A stretch of DNA of 54,059 bases from a bacterium (lineage in GTDB: Bacteria; Hydrothermota; 32-111), in assembly GCA_050239825.1 (NCBI GenBank), contig JBFXGO010000007.1:11598-65656 (forward strand), given 5' to 3'. The notes beneath the pieces are model-generated. The model searched no databases and was not told the origin of the DNA. It saw only the letters and a list, made by a program, of their open reading frames with translations. The stretch's first letter is position 1. Every line of letters starts with the position of its first letter. The position numbers and the translations under genes were made by a program. Of this stretch, positions 25,458 through 35,678 are shown in pieces.

Positions 25458-27920
25458 ATGGACTTAAACTTTTCGCGCCGGATGGCAGTAATTCTGAAAA
25501 AGTGCGAGCAGAGGACAAGGGGTCTCAACCGTTTGAAGATTGAGCCCTATGATATTTTATTAAGCATACTTTCAGATAAAGACCTTATCACAGGGAATTA
25601 TGTATTGAGGTCCTCAAAGTCGACGGACTCTGACGCGCTGGAGATAATCAAAAATTCGCTCAGACAGCTTGTCAAAAAAGGCGAAGAGCAGTCTCAGTTT
25701 ATTGTTTTCGATGTTATCGAATCTGCCGATACCAAGAAGATGTACATTGAAGCTGAGAGATTTGCTCTTGATATGGGAGATACGGCAATCGAGCCGGAGC
25801 ATGCGGTCTCTGCTATATATATGACCAATCAGCCATCGCGGGAGATTCTTGACTCTGTCGAATTTGACCTCACAAAATATATCGCAATGATGAAGAGGGG
25901 CAAGGGCAAGGATGAGGAAGGCGAATCAACAGATTTGAATTCTTCTTCAATGACTCCCATTGCGGATTATCTCTGCAAAGATTTGACAAAGATGGCGCGG
26001 GAAAACAACCTTGACCCTGCTTTGGGGCGGGATTTGGAAATCGAGAGGGTTCTGCAGATTCTCGGCAGAAGAAAAAAGAACAATCCGGTTCTTATAGGAA
26101 AGCCCGGCGTCGGAAAGACAGCCATCGTAGAAGCTCTTGCTGACAGGATTGTCAAAAATCTTGTGCCGGAGGTAATCAAAAACAAAAGAATACTCTCTCT
26201 TGATGTCGGCTCCCTCGTCGCAGGAACAAAATATAGAGGACAGTTTGAAGAGAGGATGAAGAACCTTATAAAGGAACTTGAAGAGAACAAGGACATTATA
26301 CTTTTCATAGATGAACTTCACACGATAATCGGCACAGGCTCGGCGGAGGGCTCGATTGATGCTGCCAACATGCTGAAACCGCAGTTATCGCGGGGCGAGA
26401 TTCAGTGCATAGGAGCCACCACTCTCTCTGAGTACCACAAGTATATTGAGAAGGACGGAGCTTTAGAGAGAAGATTCCAACCGGTTGATGTGAAGGAGAT
26501 GGATTCCATCCAAACAATTTCAATACTCAAGAAAATAAAACACAAGTATGAGGACTTTCACAATGTGGAATATTCCGATTCAGCAATAGAGGATGCAGTC
26601 AACCTCTCACAGATGTACATTACAGACAGGGTTCTTCCCGACAAGGCGATAGATGTAATTGATGAGGCGGGAAGCAAGGTTAACATGGAGCTTTCAATAA
26701 AGATAAACAATCAGATTGAGAAGATGGAAAAAGAGCTTAAAGAGACGATGAGCCAGAAGGAGTTTTTCGCCTCAGTCAACAAATATAAACTTGCGGGCGA
26801 GAAGCGCACAAAACAGCTTGAACTTGAAGGAAAGATAAAGGCTTTAAAGGAGATTCACACTAAAGAGCACAATAGAATAAAGGTGACTGAAGCGGTAATC
26901 AAGGAGGTTGTCTCGCTCTGGACCGGAATACCTGTAGACAAGCTGACTGCGGAGAATCAGAAAGACCTTGTGAAGCTGGAGCAGGCATTCCTCGAGGATG
27001 TGATAGGACAGGATCATGCAGTCACAACAGTATCAAAAGCCATAAAACTCACACTCCTCGGAATTAAAAATCCCTCGAAACCAAGAATCTCAATGCTTTT
27101 TTTAGGACCGTCCGGCGTGGGAAAGACAATGCTGGCAAAAAAAATATCAGAGCTTGTGCATTCACACAAAGACTCATTCATGCGCTTTGACATGTCAGAG
27201 TACGGCTCGGAGCATGAACTTGCAAAGATGATAGGGTCGCCTCCGGGTTATGTCGGTTTCGAAGAGCCGGGAAGGCTCACTGAATTTGTGAAGAGGAACC
27301 CTTACTCTCTTCTGCTGTTTGACGAGATAGAAAAAGCGCATCCCAATATCTACAATATTTTTCTGCAGATACTTGATGCGGGAATACTAACTGATGCGCA
27401 CCACAGAACTGTTGATTTCAAAAATACGATAATAATCTTCACATCCAACATAGGCACCAGCGATAGTTCAAAGCCCATGGGTTTCGGAGATTCATCGTCA
27501 AATGAAAAAGCGTCGAAGGAGAATCTTCTGGAGAAGATGAAAGAGACATTCAAGGTTGAATTCATAAATCGTCTTGACAATGTCATAGTCTTCAACCACC
27601 TTTCAAAGGAGAACATCCGCGAGATAATGTATAAACATCTCTGTTCTGTCAGAGAAGCATACCTGAAAAAAAATTACCGAGTCTCCTTCAGCAATGAAAT
27701 CGCCGATTTTCTTACTGAGGCATCCTACTCAGAGAGCTTCGGAGCGAGAGCGGTTGACAGAGCCATTCAGGAGAATATAGAAAACAAGATAACCGAAGAG
27801 ATACTTGCCGACAGATTAACACCGACCATGGAGCTTTGCTTCAATGTGAAAGGCAAGATTATTGAAACAAACTATAAAGAAAATGCTAAAAGCGCCGTTA
27901 AGGCGGAGGAGGATCATTGA
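25458..27920 (+). CDS. clpC: ATP-dependent Clp protease ATPase subunit, ClpC-like
   Basis: Two AAA modules (GKPGVGKT/LFIDE, GPSGVGKT/LFDEIEKAH), short coiled coil, PMGF ClpP-docking loop. Confidence 0.88.
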   Translation: MDLNFSRRMAVILKKCEQRTRGLNRLKIEPYDILLSILSDKDLITGNYVLRSSKSTDSDALEIIKNSLRQLVKKGEEQSQFIVFDVIESADTKKMYIEAERFALDMGDTAIEPEHAVSAIYMTNQPSREILDSVEFDLTKYIAMMKRGKGKDEEGESTDLNSSSMTPIADYLCKDLTKMARENNLDPALGRDLEIERVLQILGRRKKNNPVLIGKPGVGKTAIVEALADRIVKNLVPEVIKNKRILSLDVGSLVAGTKYRGQFEERMKNLIKELEENKDIILFIDELHTIIGTGSAEGSIDAANMLKPQLSRGEIQCIGATTLSEYHKYIEKDGALERRFQPVDVKEMDSIQTISILKKIKHKYEDFHNVEYSDSAIEDAVNLSQMYITDRVLPDKAIDVIDEAGSKVNMELSIKINNQIEKMEKELKETMSQKEFFASVNKYKLAGEKRTKQLELEGKIKALKEIHTKEHNRIKVTEAVIKEVVSLWTGIPVDKLTAENQKDLVKLEQAFLEDVIGQDHAVTTVSKAIKLTLLGIKNPSKPRISMLFLGPSGVGKTMLAKKISELVHSHKDSFMRFDMSEYGSEHELAKMIGSPPGYVGFEEPGRLTEFVKRNPYSLLLFDEIEKAHPNIYNIFLQILDAGILTDAHHRTVDFKNTIIIFTSNIGTSDSSKPMGFGDSSSNEKASKENLLEKMKETFKVEFINRLDNVIVFNHLSKENIREIMYKHLCSVREAYLKKNYRVSFSNEIADFLTEASYSESFGARAVDRAIQENIENKITEEILADRLTPTMELCFNVKGKIIETNYKENAKSAVKAEEDH

Positions 27921-30190
27921 AACGGATTCTTACAGCAGTGTGTGTTGTTTTATTATTCTGCGCGGTTTTCGGACAGGAAGTCATTACCGAAAGAGTCTAT
28001 GATATAGTAGTTGAGGGAAGCAATCTCACCTCCTCCGAATTCATAATAGTGAGGTCGGGTCTGACTGTCGGAATGAAACTCACAGCGGATGACATAAAGC
28101 AGGCTATAAAGAGCCTCTACTCGACAGGATTCTTTTATCAGATAGAGATAGAACCTTTCACAGACCAGTTCGGCACATCCGTAAGAATAAAGGTTCAGGA
28201 GAATGTGCGAATAGGAAAAATAATCCTTAAAGGCAACAAGAAGATCAAAGAGAAGGAGATACTTGATTCTCTCGAAGTTCAGGCAGGAGAATTTTTGAGC
28301 GACTATGCGCTCTTCAGGGTGACAAACGGCATAAAGAGTTACTATCACAAAAAAGGATTTTTGAATGTCGAGCTGAAAGATTCGGTGGGAGAAATATCTG
28401 ACGAGGGATCGGTTAACCTCTACTATCAGGTGAAAGAGAATGAATCCGTCAGGATAAAGAAGATCGAAATATTCGGCAATTTCAAGATAACCGACAATAA
28501 GATAAAATCCATCATGAAGACAAAAGAGAAGGCATTTCTTCAGGACGGACTCTTTAAAGAATCTGATTTTGAAGAGGATAAAGCAGTCATTCTTGCCGCA
28601 ATAATGGACAACGGTTATCCGGACGCCACTCTTGATTCAACAGTGTTCAAATATTCTTTCGACAATAAGTTTATGTTCATAAATATCTATATCACACAGA
28701 ATCAGAAATTTGTTTTCGGGGACGCTACATTCGAAGGCAACACGATAGCACAGGACAAAGACATACAGCGACGCATAGCATTCAGGAAGAACACTCCTTA
28801 TTCAAAGACGCTTTTGGACAAATCTATATCCGCAATCTATGAATATTATATGGACAGAGGGTACATTCATGTAAATGTGAGAAACGAGAATGACAGGGTC
28901 GGAGACACTATGAATGTCAAGCTCAATATCAGCGAAAACGGCCTTGCGTATATCAATGACATTATCATTGAGGGAAATGAAAAAACGGAAGACGCGGTTA
29001 TAAGGCGTGAAATAATTTCTAAGCCGGGAGAAGTATTCAAGAGAAATGACCTTGTGCTCTCCCACTCGAACCTTTTCAGGTCGGGATTCTTTGAAGATGT
29101 CCAGATAAACCCAATTCCCACGGAGGACTTGTCAAAGATTGACCTGACATTTAAAGTCAAAGAGAAACAGACGGGCGAATTCAACATAGGCGGTTCATAC
29201 AATCAGGCGGACGGACTCACAGGCAACATAACCATAAGGATAAACAATCTTTTGGGCAAGGGCTTGTCGACATCACTCCTTCTTGAGAAGGGAGCATCAA
29301 TCACAAATTTCTCATTCGGATTCACTGAGCCGTATCTGATGGGATACCCTGTGGTCGCAGGTTCCGAACTCTACTATAAAACCAGCGACAAGACATACTA
29401 TTATGACCAGCGCATAGGAGGTTCTGCAACTCTCGGTCTTCTTCTTTCAGAGCGCCTCATGACAAAATTCTATACAAAATACAAACTTGAACAGGTCTAC
29501 ACTTATGTTGATTCAACCTATAAGGATATACTCGACGACTGGATTCTTAACCAACTTGGAGAGAAGACAATGCTCTCCGAAATATCTCCGTATCTTGTGA
29601 GAGATTCAAGAAACCATTCATTCTTTCCCGAATCGGGGCAGATGATGGGTCTCTATACATCCTTTGCAGGAGGCATTCTCGGAGGAGAAAAGGATTATTA
29701 CAAAATCACTGCAGATATGAGGGTATACCAGCACCTTTTCTGGAAGTTTACTTTTATGGGGAGAGTTGCTTTCGGAGCGGTTGACTCATACGATGATCCC
29801 AATGATGTGCCTTTTACCGAAAGGTTTGTCTTCGGAGGAGTGGGCACATGGGGAATCAGAGGATATCCCGACCGTTCAATCGGATCTGATATCGACGGCT
29901 ACATAATAGGAGGAAGAGGAGCGGTCCTCTCCAACCTTGAGCTTCGACTGAAGCTTAACGAACAGGCTTATATGCTCACGTTTTATGATGTGGGCAATGC
30001 CTATGAAAATATGACAGAGGCTCTCTCTGATAGATTTAAGACTCTCTATCATGGAGCTGGAATTGGAGTGCGCATTGAAATTCCCATGGTTGGAGTCATG
30101 GGTATTGATCTTGGCTACGGTTTCCAGAAGACGGCGAACGGATACGGACTGAGCTGGGAGCCTCATTTTCAGGTCGGAACATCTTTCTAG
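27917..30190 (+). CDS. bamA: Outer membrane protein assembly factor BamA
   Basis: Signal peptide, POTRA repeats, NLLGKG, IRGY motif, C-terminal FQVGTSF. Confidence 0.92.
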   Translation: MKRILTAVCVVLLFCAVFGQEVITERVYDIVVEGSNLTSSEFIIVRSGLTVGMKLTADDIKQAIKSLYSTGFFYQIEIEPFTDQFGTSVRIKVQENVRIGKIILKGNKKIKEKEILDSLEVQAGEFLSDYALFRVTNGIKSYYHKKGFLNVELKDSVGEISDEGSVNLYYQVKENESVRIKKIEIFGNFKITDNKIKSIMKTKEKAFLQDGLFKESDFEEDKAVILAAIMDNGYPDATLDSTVFKYSFDNKFMFINIYITQNQKFVFGDATFEGNTIAQDKDIQRRIAFRKNTPYSKTLLDKSISAIYEYYMDRGYIHVNVRNENDRVGDTMNVKLNISENGLAYINDIIIEGNEKTEDAVIRREIISKPGEVFKRNDLVLSHSNLFRSGFFEDVQINPIPTEDLSKIDLTFKVKEKQTGEFNIGGSYNQADGLTGNITIRINNLLGKGLSTSLLLEKGASITNFSFGFTEPYLMGYPVVAGSELYYKTSDKTYYYDQRIGGSATLGLLLSERLMTKFYTKYKLEQVYTYVDSTYKDILDDWILNQLGEKTMLSEISPYLVRDSRNHSFFPESGQMMGLYTSFAGGILGGEKDYYKITADMRVYQHLFWKFTFMGRVAFGAVDSYDDPNDVPFTERFVFGGVGTWGIRGYPDRSIGSDIDGYIIGGRGAVLSNLELRLKLNEQAYMLTFYDVGNAYENMTEALSDRFKTLYHGAGIGVRIEIPMVGVMGIDLGYGFQKTANGYGLSWEPHFQVGTSF

Positions 30191-30198
30191 GAGTGTTT

Positions 30199-31137
30199 AT
30201 GAAAAGAAGAATCTTGATAATTGTCGTAGCGCTTCTTATCTTCTCTTTTCTCAATGCCGAAAAATTCGGTTATATAAACTCTAAGGCGATATTCCAGAGA
30301 TACAAAGGAATAGAGGATATCAACAGAGAAATAGACAAGGAGCTTACGGAGTGGAACAAACAGATGGGTGAGATGCAGAATGAACTGTCAGAGCTTGAGC
30401 TGACATACAAAGAGCAGGAGGCTATGCTCTCTGAAGATGCAAAGATGAGAAAACAGCAGGAGATTTCTTCAAAGAGGGATGCGCTCAACAAATTCATAGA
30501 GGAGATATTCGGAGAGAGCGGAAAATCAACCACCATAAACAAGCAGATGCTCAAACCTGTCGCTGACAAGATTTCAAGCATAATAAAAAAGATCGGAGAT
30601 GAAGAGGGCTATACGATAATAGTAGATTTTGCCGATGGAAACATACTCTATGCACGAAAGGATGCCGACCTCACGGACAGAGTTTTGGAAGAGCTCAACA
30701 AAGAATTCTTCATACCTGTTGCGGCAATCAAAAGATACATTGTCTTTGATTTCGTGCCTGAAGACAAAGAGACAAGGAACGAACAGTATCACATAAAAAT
30801 GGCCAAGACTCTCTATACTTCTCTGAAAATTGAGAATAAAGTGGAGCCGGTCAACATCAAAGATGTGAATGACTATCTTAAAAAAGCGGGTATTACAAAT
30901 ATTGAAGACATGAAGCCTATGGACGCAATAAATTACGGAGTTGCTCTCAATGCTGATTACTCTGTCGCCGGAAAAATAAAAATGTCCGGCGGAAAAATAA
31001 TAATAAATGTGAAGCTATATTCGATGAAGATGCGGAATGAGGTTCTTAACATAGAAAAAGAGGCGTTGTCGGCTATTGACTTCAATGCGGTTGCGTCTGA
31101 GATATTGACGGAAATAAAAACATATATTGAAAAGTGA
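30199..31137 (+). CDS. skp: OmpH/Skp chaperone fused to an extra C-terminal domain
   Basis: KFGYIN, long coiled coil, ILYA...DLT..VL.EL ending near aa 170; ~140 extra aa; follows bamA. Confidence 0.75.
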   Translation: MKRRILIIVVALLIFSFLNAEKFGYINSKAIFQRYKGIEDINREIDKELTEWNKQMGEMQNELSELELTYKEQEAMLSEDAKMRKQQEISSKRDALNKFIEEIFGESGKSTTINKQMLKPVADKISSIIKKIGDEEGYTIIVDFADGNILYARKDADLTDRVLEELNKEFFIPVAAIKRYIVFDFVPEDKETRNEQYHIKMAKTLYTSLKIENKVEPVNIKDVNDYLKKAGITNIEDMKPMDAINYGVALNADYSVAGKIKMSGGKIIINVKLYSMKMRNEVLNIEKEALSAIDFNAVASEILTEIKTYIEK

Positions 31138-31144
31138 GGTGAAA

Positions 31145-31591
31145 ATGCACTCCAACTTGGATATCAACAGGATAATGGCTGTACTGCCCCACAGATATCC
31201 GATGCTTCTCGTTGACAAAATCATAGAGATGAATGAAAAGAAGGTTGTCGGGATAAAGAATGTGACGATAAACGAGCAGTTCTTTCAGGGGCATTATCCC
31301 GGGCATCCGATAATGCCGGGCGTTCTCATAGTTGAATCGCTGGCTCAGACAGGAGCGATGTTCCTTCTCATTCATGTGGAAAATCTTGAAACAAAGGTGC
31401 CTTATTTCGTCAAGATTGATAGAGTCAAATTCAGGAAGCCGGTTCTCCCGGGCGATGTGCTTAGAAATGAATGCACTCTTATTGAGCATAAGGGTAATAT
31501 GTTTGTTCTTGAAGCTAAGGCATTTGTTGACGGAAAAGTCGTATGTGAAGGAGAGCTTACTGCGGCAATTGTTGATAGGGACAAGGCATGA
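31145..31591 (+). CDS. fabZ: 3-hydroxyacyl-ACP dehydratase
   Basis: LPHRYPMLLVD, FFQGHYP..PIMPGVL.VE, KFRKPV.PGD. Confidence 0.95.
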   Translation: MHSNLDINRIMAVLPHRYPMLLVDKIIEMNEKKVVGIKNVTINEQFFQGHYPGHPIMPGVLIVESLAQTGAMFLLIHVENLETKVPYFVKIDRVKFRKPVLPGDVLRNECTLIEHKGNMFVLEAKAFVDGKVVCEGELTAAIVDRDKA

Positions 31592-32928
31592 TCAAAATAT
31601 ACGATACTCTGAAAGGCGGGAGCAGGGAATTTTCCCCGCAGTCGGATGATAAAATTGTAAGAATGTACTCGTGCGGCATGACTGTTCAGGATTCTCCGCA
31701 TCTGGGTCATCTTCGCGCTCTTATCACTGCCGACATAATTAAACGCGTTATGATGAATCAAGGATTCAAAGTTTTTTCCGTCTATAATTTTACGGACATA
31801 GATGACAAACTAATAGAGAAGATGAAGACAGGCGAAGACTACAGAATTCTCGCTCAGCGCAATATCGATGAATTCATGAGGTGTGCCAAAATCATGAACA
31901 CCCTTGAGTTCGATGTCTACCCGCGCGCCACAGGACATATTCAGGAGATAATTGAATTTGTCGAAAAACTTATTGAAAAGGGATATGCATACAAATCCGA
32001 AGGCGATGTCTTTTTCAGCGTATCAAAGTTCGACGGATACGGCAAACTCTCCAAGAAGAAGATTGAAGAACTCATTGAAGGAAAGAGAGTCGAGATAAAT
32101 GAAAAGAAGGAAAATCCGCTTGATTTTGTACTGTGGAAGGGAGTAAAGGACAAAGAACCGTACTGGCACTCTCCTTTCGGGCCGGGGCGTCCGGGTTGGC
32201 ACATAGAATGCTCCGCAATGAGCATGAAATACCTCGGAGAGACCTTCGATATACACACAGGCGGCGAGGACTTGATATTCCCTCATCACGAGAATGAGAT
32301 AGCGCAGAGCGAATGCGCAACGGGAAAAATATTCGCAAATTTCTGGGTTCACAACGGAATGGTAAATCTCAAGGGCGAGAAGATGTCCAAATCGACAGGC
32401 AATGTTTTTAAGGTGAGTGAGATTCTCTCCAGATGGAGTCCTGATGTCGTGAGACTTTATCTGTTGAAGACTCACTACAGAAAACTCATTGAGTTTTCAG
32501 CAGAAAGGCTTGATGAGGCACGGTCAGCTTATGCAAGGGTTGCAAATGCGCTCGAAGGAGAGGTCTCTGAATCAGCAGAGAACAAATATATTGAAAAATT
32601 CACCGAATCTCTCGCAGACGATTTCAATACGGCTCAGGCATTGGGATTTGTCTTTGATGCGGTAAATGAAATAAACCAGAATAGTCAGGAAGCTCCTTCT
32701 CTGAGAAGAGAGATTATACAAATGCTGGGTGTTCTCGGATTTACAGGAGCATTAGGGAAGACAGAGACGCACGACAAAGAGCTGATAGAACTTCTGATTG
32801 AACTTAGGGAAGAGGCGAGGAAAAAAAAGAATTTTGAAATGTCGGATAAAATACGAAACAGATTAAAGGAATTAGGGATTGCGCTCAGTGATTCAAAGGA
32901 AGGAATCAAATGGAAAAGAGAAGACTGA
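31588..32928 (+). CDS. cysS: Cysteine-tRNA ligase
   Basis: CGMT, HLGH, GRPGWHIECSAM, DLIFPHHENE, KMSKS. Confidence 0.97.
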   Translation: MIKIYDTLKGGSREFSPQSDDKIVRMYSCGMTVQDSPHLGHLRALITADIIKRVMMNQGFKVFSVYNFTDIDDKLIEKMKTGEDYRILAQRNIDEFMRCAKIMNTLEFDVYPRATGHIQEIIEFVEKLIEKGYAYKSEGDVFFSVSKFDGYGKLSKKKIEELIEGKRVEINEKKENPLDFVLWKGVKDKEPYWHSPFGPGRPGWHIECSAMSMKYLGETFDIHTGGEDLIFPHHENEIAQSECATGKIFANFWVHNGMVNLKGEKMSKSTGNVFKVSEILSRWSPDVVRLYLLKTHYRKLIEFSAERLDEARSAYARVANALEGEVSESAENKYIEKFTESLADDFNTAQALGFVFDAVNEINQNSQEAPSLRREIIQMLGVLGFTGALGKTETHDKELIELLIELREEARKKKNFEMSDKIRNRLKELGIALSDSKEGIKWKRED

Positions 32929-34088
32929 CATCATACATTATACTTGAAGAGGTCTTTGATAAAGGGGTCTCGCTGAAGGATTCATACTCAAAAGAGACAG
33001 CCGACAAGACAAAGCATGAGTCGGATTTTGTAAAAGAGCTTGTATATGGAGTCACAAGAACAAAGCTTCTGCTGGACTGGTTCTTCATGCAGGCTGTCGG
33101 CAAAGAGATGACAAATGTCTCAAAAAAATCCAAGCACCTAATAAGAATGGCTATTTATGAAATTGTATTTATGAAACACAAAGACTATGCCGTGCTCTCA
33201 TCAGTTGTGGAGATTGCAAAAGAGAAACTGAGAAATCAGGACAAGTTCGTCAACTGGGCTCTCAGGGAATTTCTCAGGAACTGCGACAAACTGGAGCTTC
33301 CGGGAGAGAAAGACAAGCAATCTCTCTCATTCCATTATTCATTCCCGCAGCATTTTGTTGAATACCTCATTTCAGAGGTGGGGCATGACAGAGCAATTCA
33401 GCTGATGAAGTTCTACAATGAGAAGCCTCAGACATTTGCTTTCAATGTTGAGACAGGAGCTTTCAGGGAATTTAATTCCGGAGAGAGGCTCACTTCGCAC
33501 GAATATATACTTGACCCTGTATATCTGAATATATTCAGATTTCTTCAGATGGAGGACATAAAGACGGTTCTCGACTGCTGCGCGGCGCCCGGAGGAAAAT
33601 CATTTCTTCTGAAATCATTTATCAGGAATGCCAAAATAACTGCGATAGATAGGGACAGCGAAAGAATAAAAATCATGAAGGAGAACATAGAGAGGCTTCA
33701 GTTAAGCGGAATAAAAGCCGAGGCGACAGACCTTCTCAAGTCAGACCTTCAAAAGGTATTTGACCTTGTCATCGTAGATGCTCCATGCACTGCAACAGGA
33801 ACAATAAGGAAGAATCCGGATGTGAAATACAATTACAGAAAAAAGCTTGACACTCTTTGGGATACTCAGATAGGCATGCTTGAAAAGGCGGATGAGTATG
33901 TCCGCGACGGAGGCTCTCTGCTTTACATGACATGCTCAATACTCAGTGTGGAAAATCAGGAGGTTATAACCGAATTCGTTTCCAAAAATTCCGATTACAA
34001 AGTCTATAGCCAGTTCTTTTCATTCGGAATGCCTTACAACGGCGGATACGGTGTCTTACTAAAAAAATCAGGAGGTGAAGATGTTTGA
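32910..34088 (+). CDS. rsmB: RsmB/NOP-family RNA m5C methyltransferase with NusB-like N-domain
   Basis: CAAPGGKS, VDAPCTATG, YMTCS motifs; ELVYGV.R N-domain. Confidence 0.8.
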   Translation: MEKRRLTSYIILEEVFDKGVSLKDSYSKETADKTKHESDFVKELVYGVTRTKLLLDWFFMQAVGKEMTNVSKKSKHLIRMAIYEIVFMKHKDYAVLSSVVEIAKEKLRNQDKFVNWALREFLRNCDKLELPGEKDKQSLSFHYSFPQHFVEYLISEVGHDRAIQLMKFYNEKPQTFAFNVETGAFREFNSGERLTSHEYILDPVYLNIFRFLQMEDIKTVLDCCAAPGGKSFLLKSFIRNAKITAIDRDSERIKIMKENIERLQLSGIKAEATDLLKSDLQKVFDLVIVDAPCTATGTIRKNPDVKYNYRKKLDTLWDTQIGMLEKADEYVRDGGSLLYMTCSILSVENQEVITEFVSKNSDYKVYSQFFSFGMPYNGGYGVLLKKSGGEDV

Positions 34089-34878
34089 CAATACAGGAAA
34101 AACAATCGGAATATCAGTGGTTGTGTCGCTGATAATTTCAATAATCGTCTCTTTGCTAATGATTATGTTTGTTTCCCCATTGATAAAGCCGGCTGCTGAA
34201 AAGCAGGCAGAGGCGGCAAAGATAGAGGTTCCTCTTATAGAGGGGAATGATTATGAGAGGGCAAAGCTTTTTCTGGAAAACAAAGGACTTTCTCTCTATG
34301 TGGAATCAGAGAAGACAAATGATACGGCTGAGAAGGGAATTATACTCTCCCAGAATCCTATTGCCGGAGCAATGGTTGAAAAGGGGTCTGCTGTTAATGT
34401 CGTGATAAGCGCGGGAAAAGAGATAGAACCTCTCGTTCCTGTCGATACTATGCCTAAGGAAGAGAAAATGGTCCTTCTTCCGTACTTTACCGGACTTAAT
34501 GTGGATGAAGTCAAGAGGGAGATAGTGAAGCTCAGGCTGAAGATAGGAAGCATCTCTTACATAGACAATGAAAAGTATAGAACCGATGTGGTTGTCCTCA
34601 CTTCGCCGGAGGGAGGAATTGAGCTGCCTGAAGGCTCCTCAATAAATCTCACGGTTTCAAAGGGAACCGTATCCGTAGTCATGCCGAATGTGAATTCATT
34701 GACAAAATCAGATGCTGTGGATAAAATAAAATCCGCAGGTCTGGTTGTTGAAGAGGTTGTGAACATAACCGATACAGAACTTCCGTTTGATATAGTTGTT
34801 AAACAGTCACCCGAACCGGGAACAAAAATCAAGAAGGGAACAGGTGTCAAAATATGGATGAACACGGAAAGAAAGTAA
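34081..34878 (+). CDS. Membrane-anchored PASTA-domain protein (3 repeats)
   Basis: One TM helix, then three VP...G / Q.P..G..V..G..V repeats; GGAGGT RBS before ATG 34081. Confidence 0.85.
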   Translation: MFDNTGKTIGISVVVSLIISIIVSLLMIMFVSPLIKPAAEKQAEAAKIEVPLIEGNDYERAKLFLENKGLSLYVESEKTNDTAEKGIILSQNPIAGAMVEKGSAVNVVISAGKEIEPLVPVDTMPKEEKMVLLPYFTGLNVDEVKREIVKLRLKIGSISYIDNEKYRTDVVVLTSPEGGIELPEGSSINLTVSKGTVSVVMPNVNSLTKSDAVDKIKSAGLVVEEVVNITDTELPFDIVVKQSPEPGTKIKKGTGVKIWMNTERK

Positions 34879-35678
34879 ATATAGGATTCTTCAAGAAGTC
34901 TGCCGCCTCTGTAAAAGAGTCTGCAGATTCAGTAAAGAAGTTGAATGTTTTCGAACAGGGTCATAAATACGGCCTTGTATTGATGCTGCTCGCTTTAATT
35001 TCGGTCATATTGGGAATAATAACAGCTTACATAGTTATGCCGGTCATGATGGGGAGAAGCAATGAGCTCTCAGTCCCGGATATAACAGGTCTTTCAATAA
35101 AACAGGCGAGGACGGAGCTTGAAGTGAGGGGGCTTGACCTAAGAATAGCGGGTGAAGAGTATTCTGAGAAGATAGGTTCGGGGCTCGTCATTTCCCAGAA
35201 CCCTCTGCCTTTTTCAAATATTAAATTTTATAAAGTGGTTGAAGTGACAGTATCACTCGGTTCTGAAAAGGTTCAGGTTCCGAAAGTGTATGGACTGCAC
35301 ATTTCCAATGCCATAGACGCTCTCACAAGAGCCGGTTTCACAGTTAATGACACTGCTCTTGAATTCAGCGAAGAACTTGATGAGAATATTGTGACTGGAA
35401 CAGAGCCTCCGTTCAACAGCATCATTCCCAAAGGCACCACTATCACCATTAATGTGTCGCGCGGCAAAAAGAATGATTATGTCTTTGTAGGTTTGTACAG
35501 GAATATGGAGACGGACTCGGCTCTTGCTCTTGCCCGTTCAATGAAACTGGTGCCTGTGATTTTTGATTCTGTGAAGGCGAATGTGCTGAAAAGCATAATT
35601 GTTGCACAGTACCCCGATTCAGGAGAGTACCTGAAAAAGCAGGATACTCTTAAATTCAAAATTCAGGTTCCGGAATGA
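34854..35678 (+). CDS. Membrane-anchored PASTA-domain protein
   Basis: TM helix; VPDITG, VISQNP, VPKVYG, IVAQYP repeats. Confidence 0.85.
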   Translation: MDEHGKKVNIGFFKKSAASVKESADSVKKLNVFEQGHKYGLVLMLLALISVILGIITAYIVMPVMMGRSNELSVPDITGLSIKQARTELEVRGLDLRIAGEEYSEKIGSGLVISQNPLPFSNIKFYKVVEVTVSLGSEKVQVPKVYGLHISNAIDALTRAGFTVNDTALEFSEELDENIVTGTEPPFNSIIPKGTTITINVSRGKKNDYVFVGLYRNMETDSALALARSMKLVPVIFDSVKANVLKSIIVAQYPDSGEYLKKQDTLKFKIQVPE

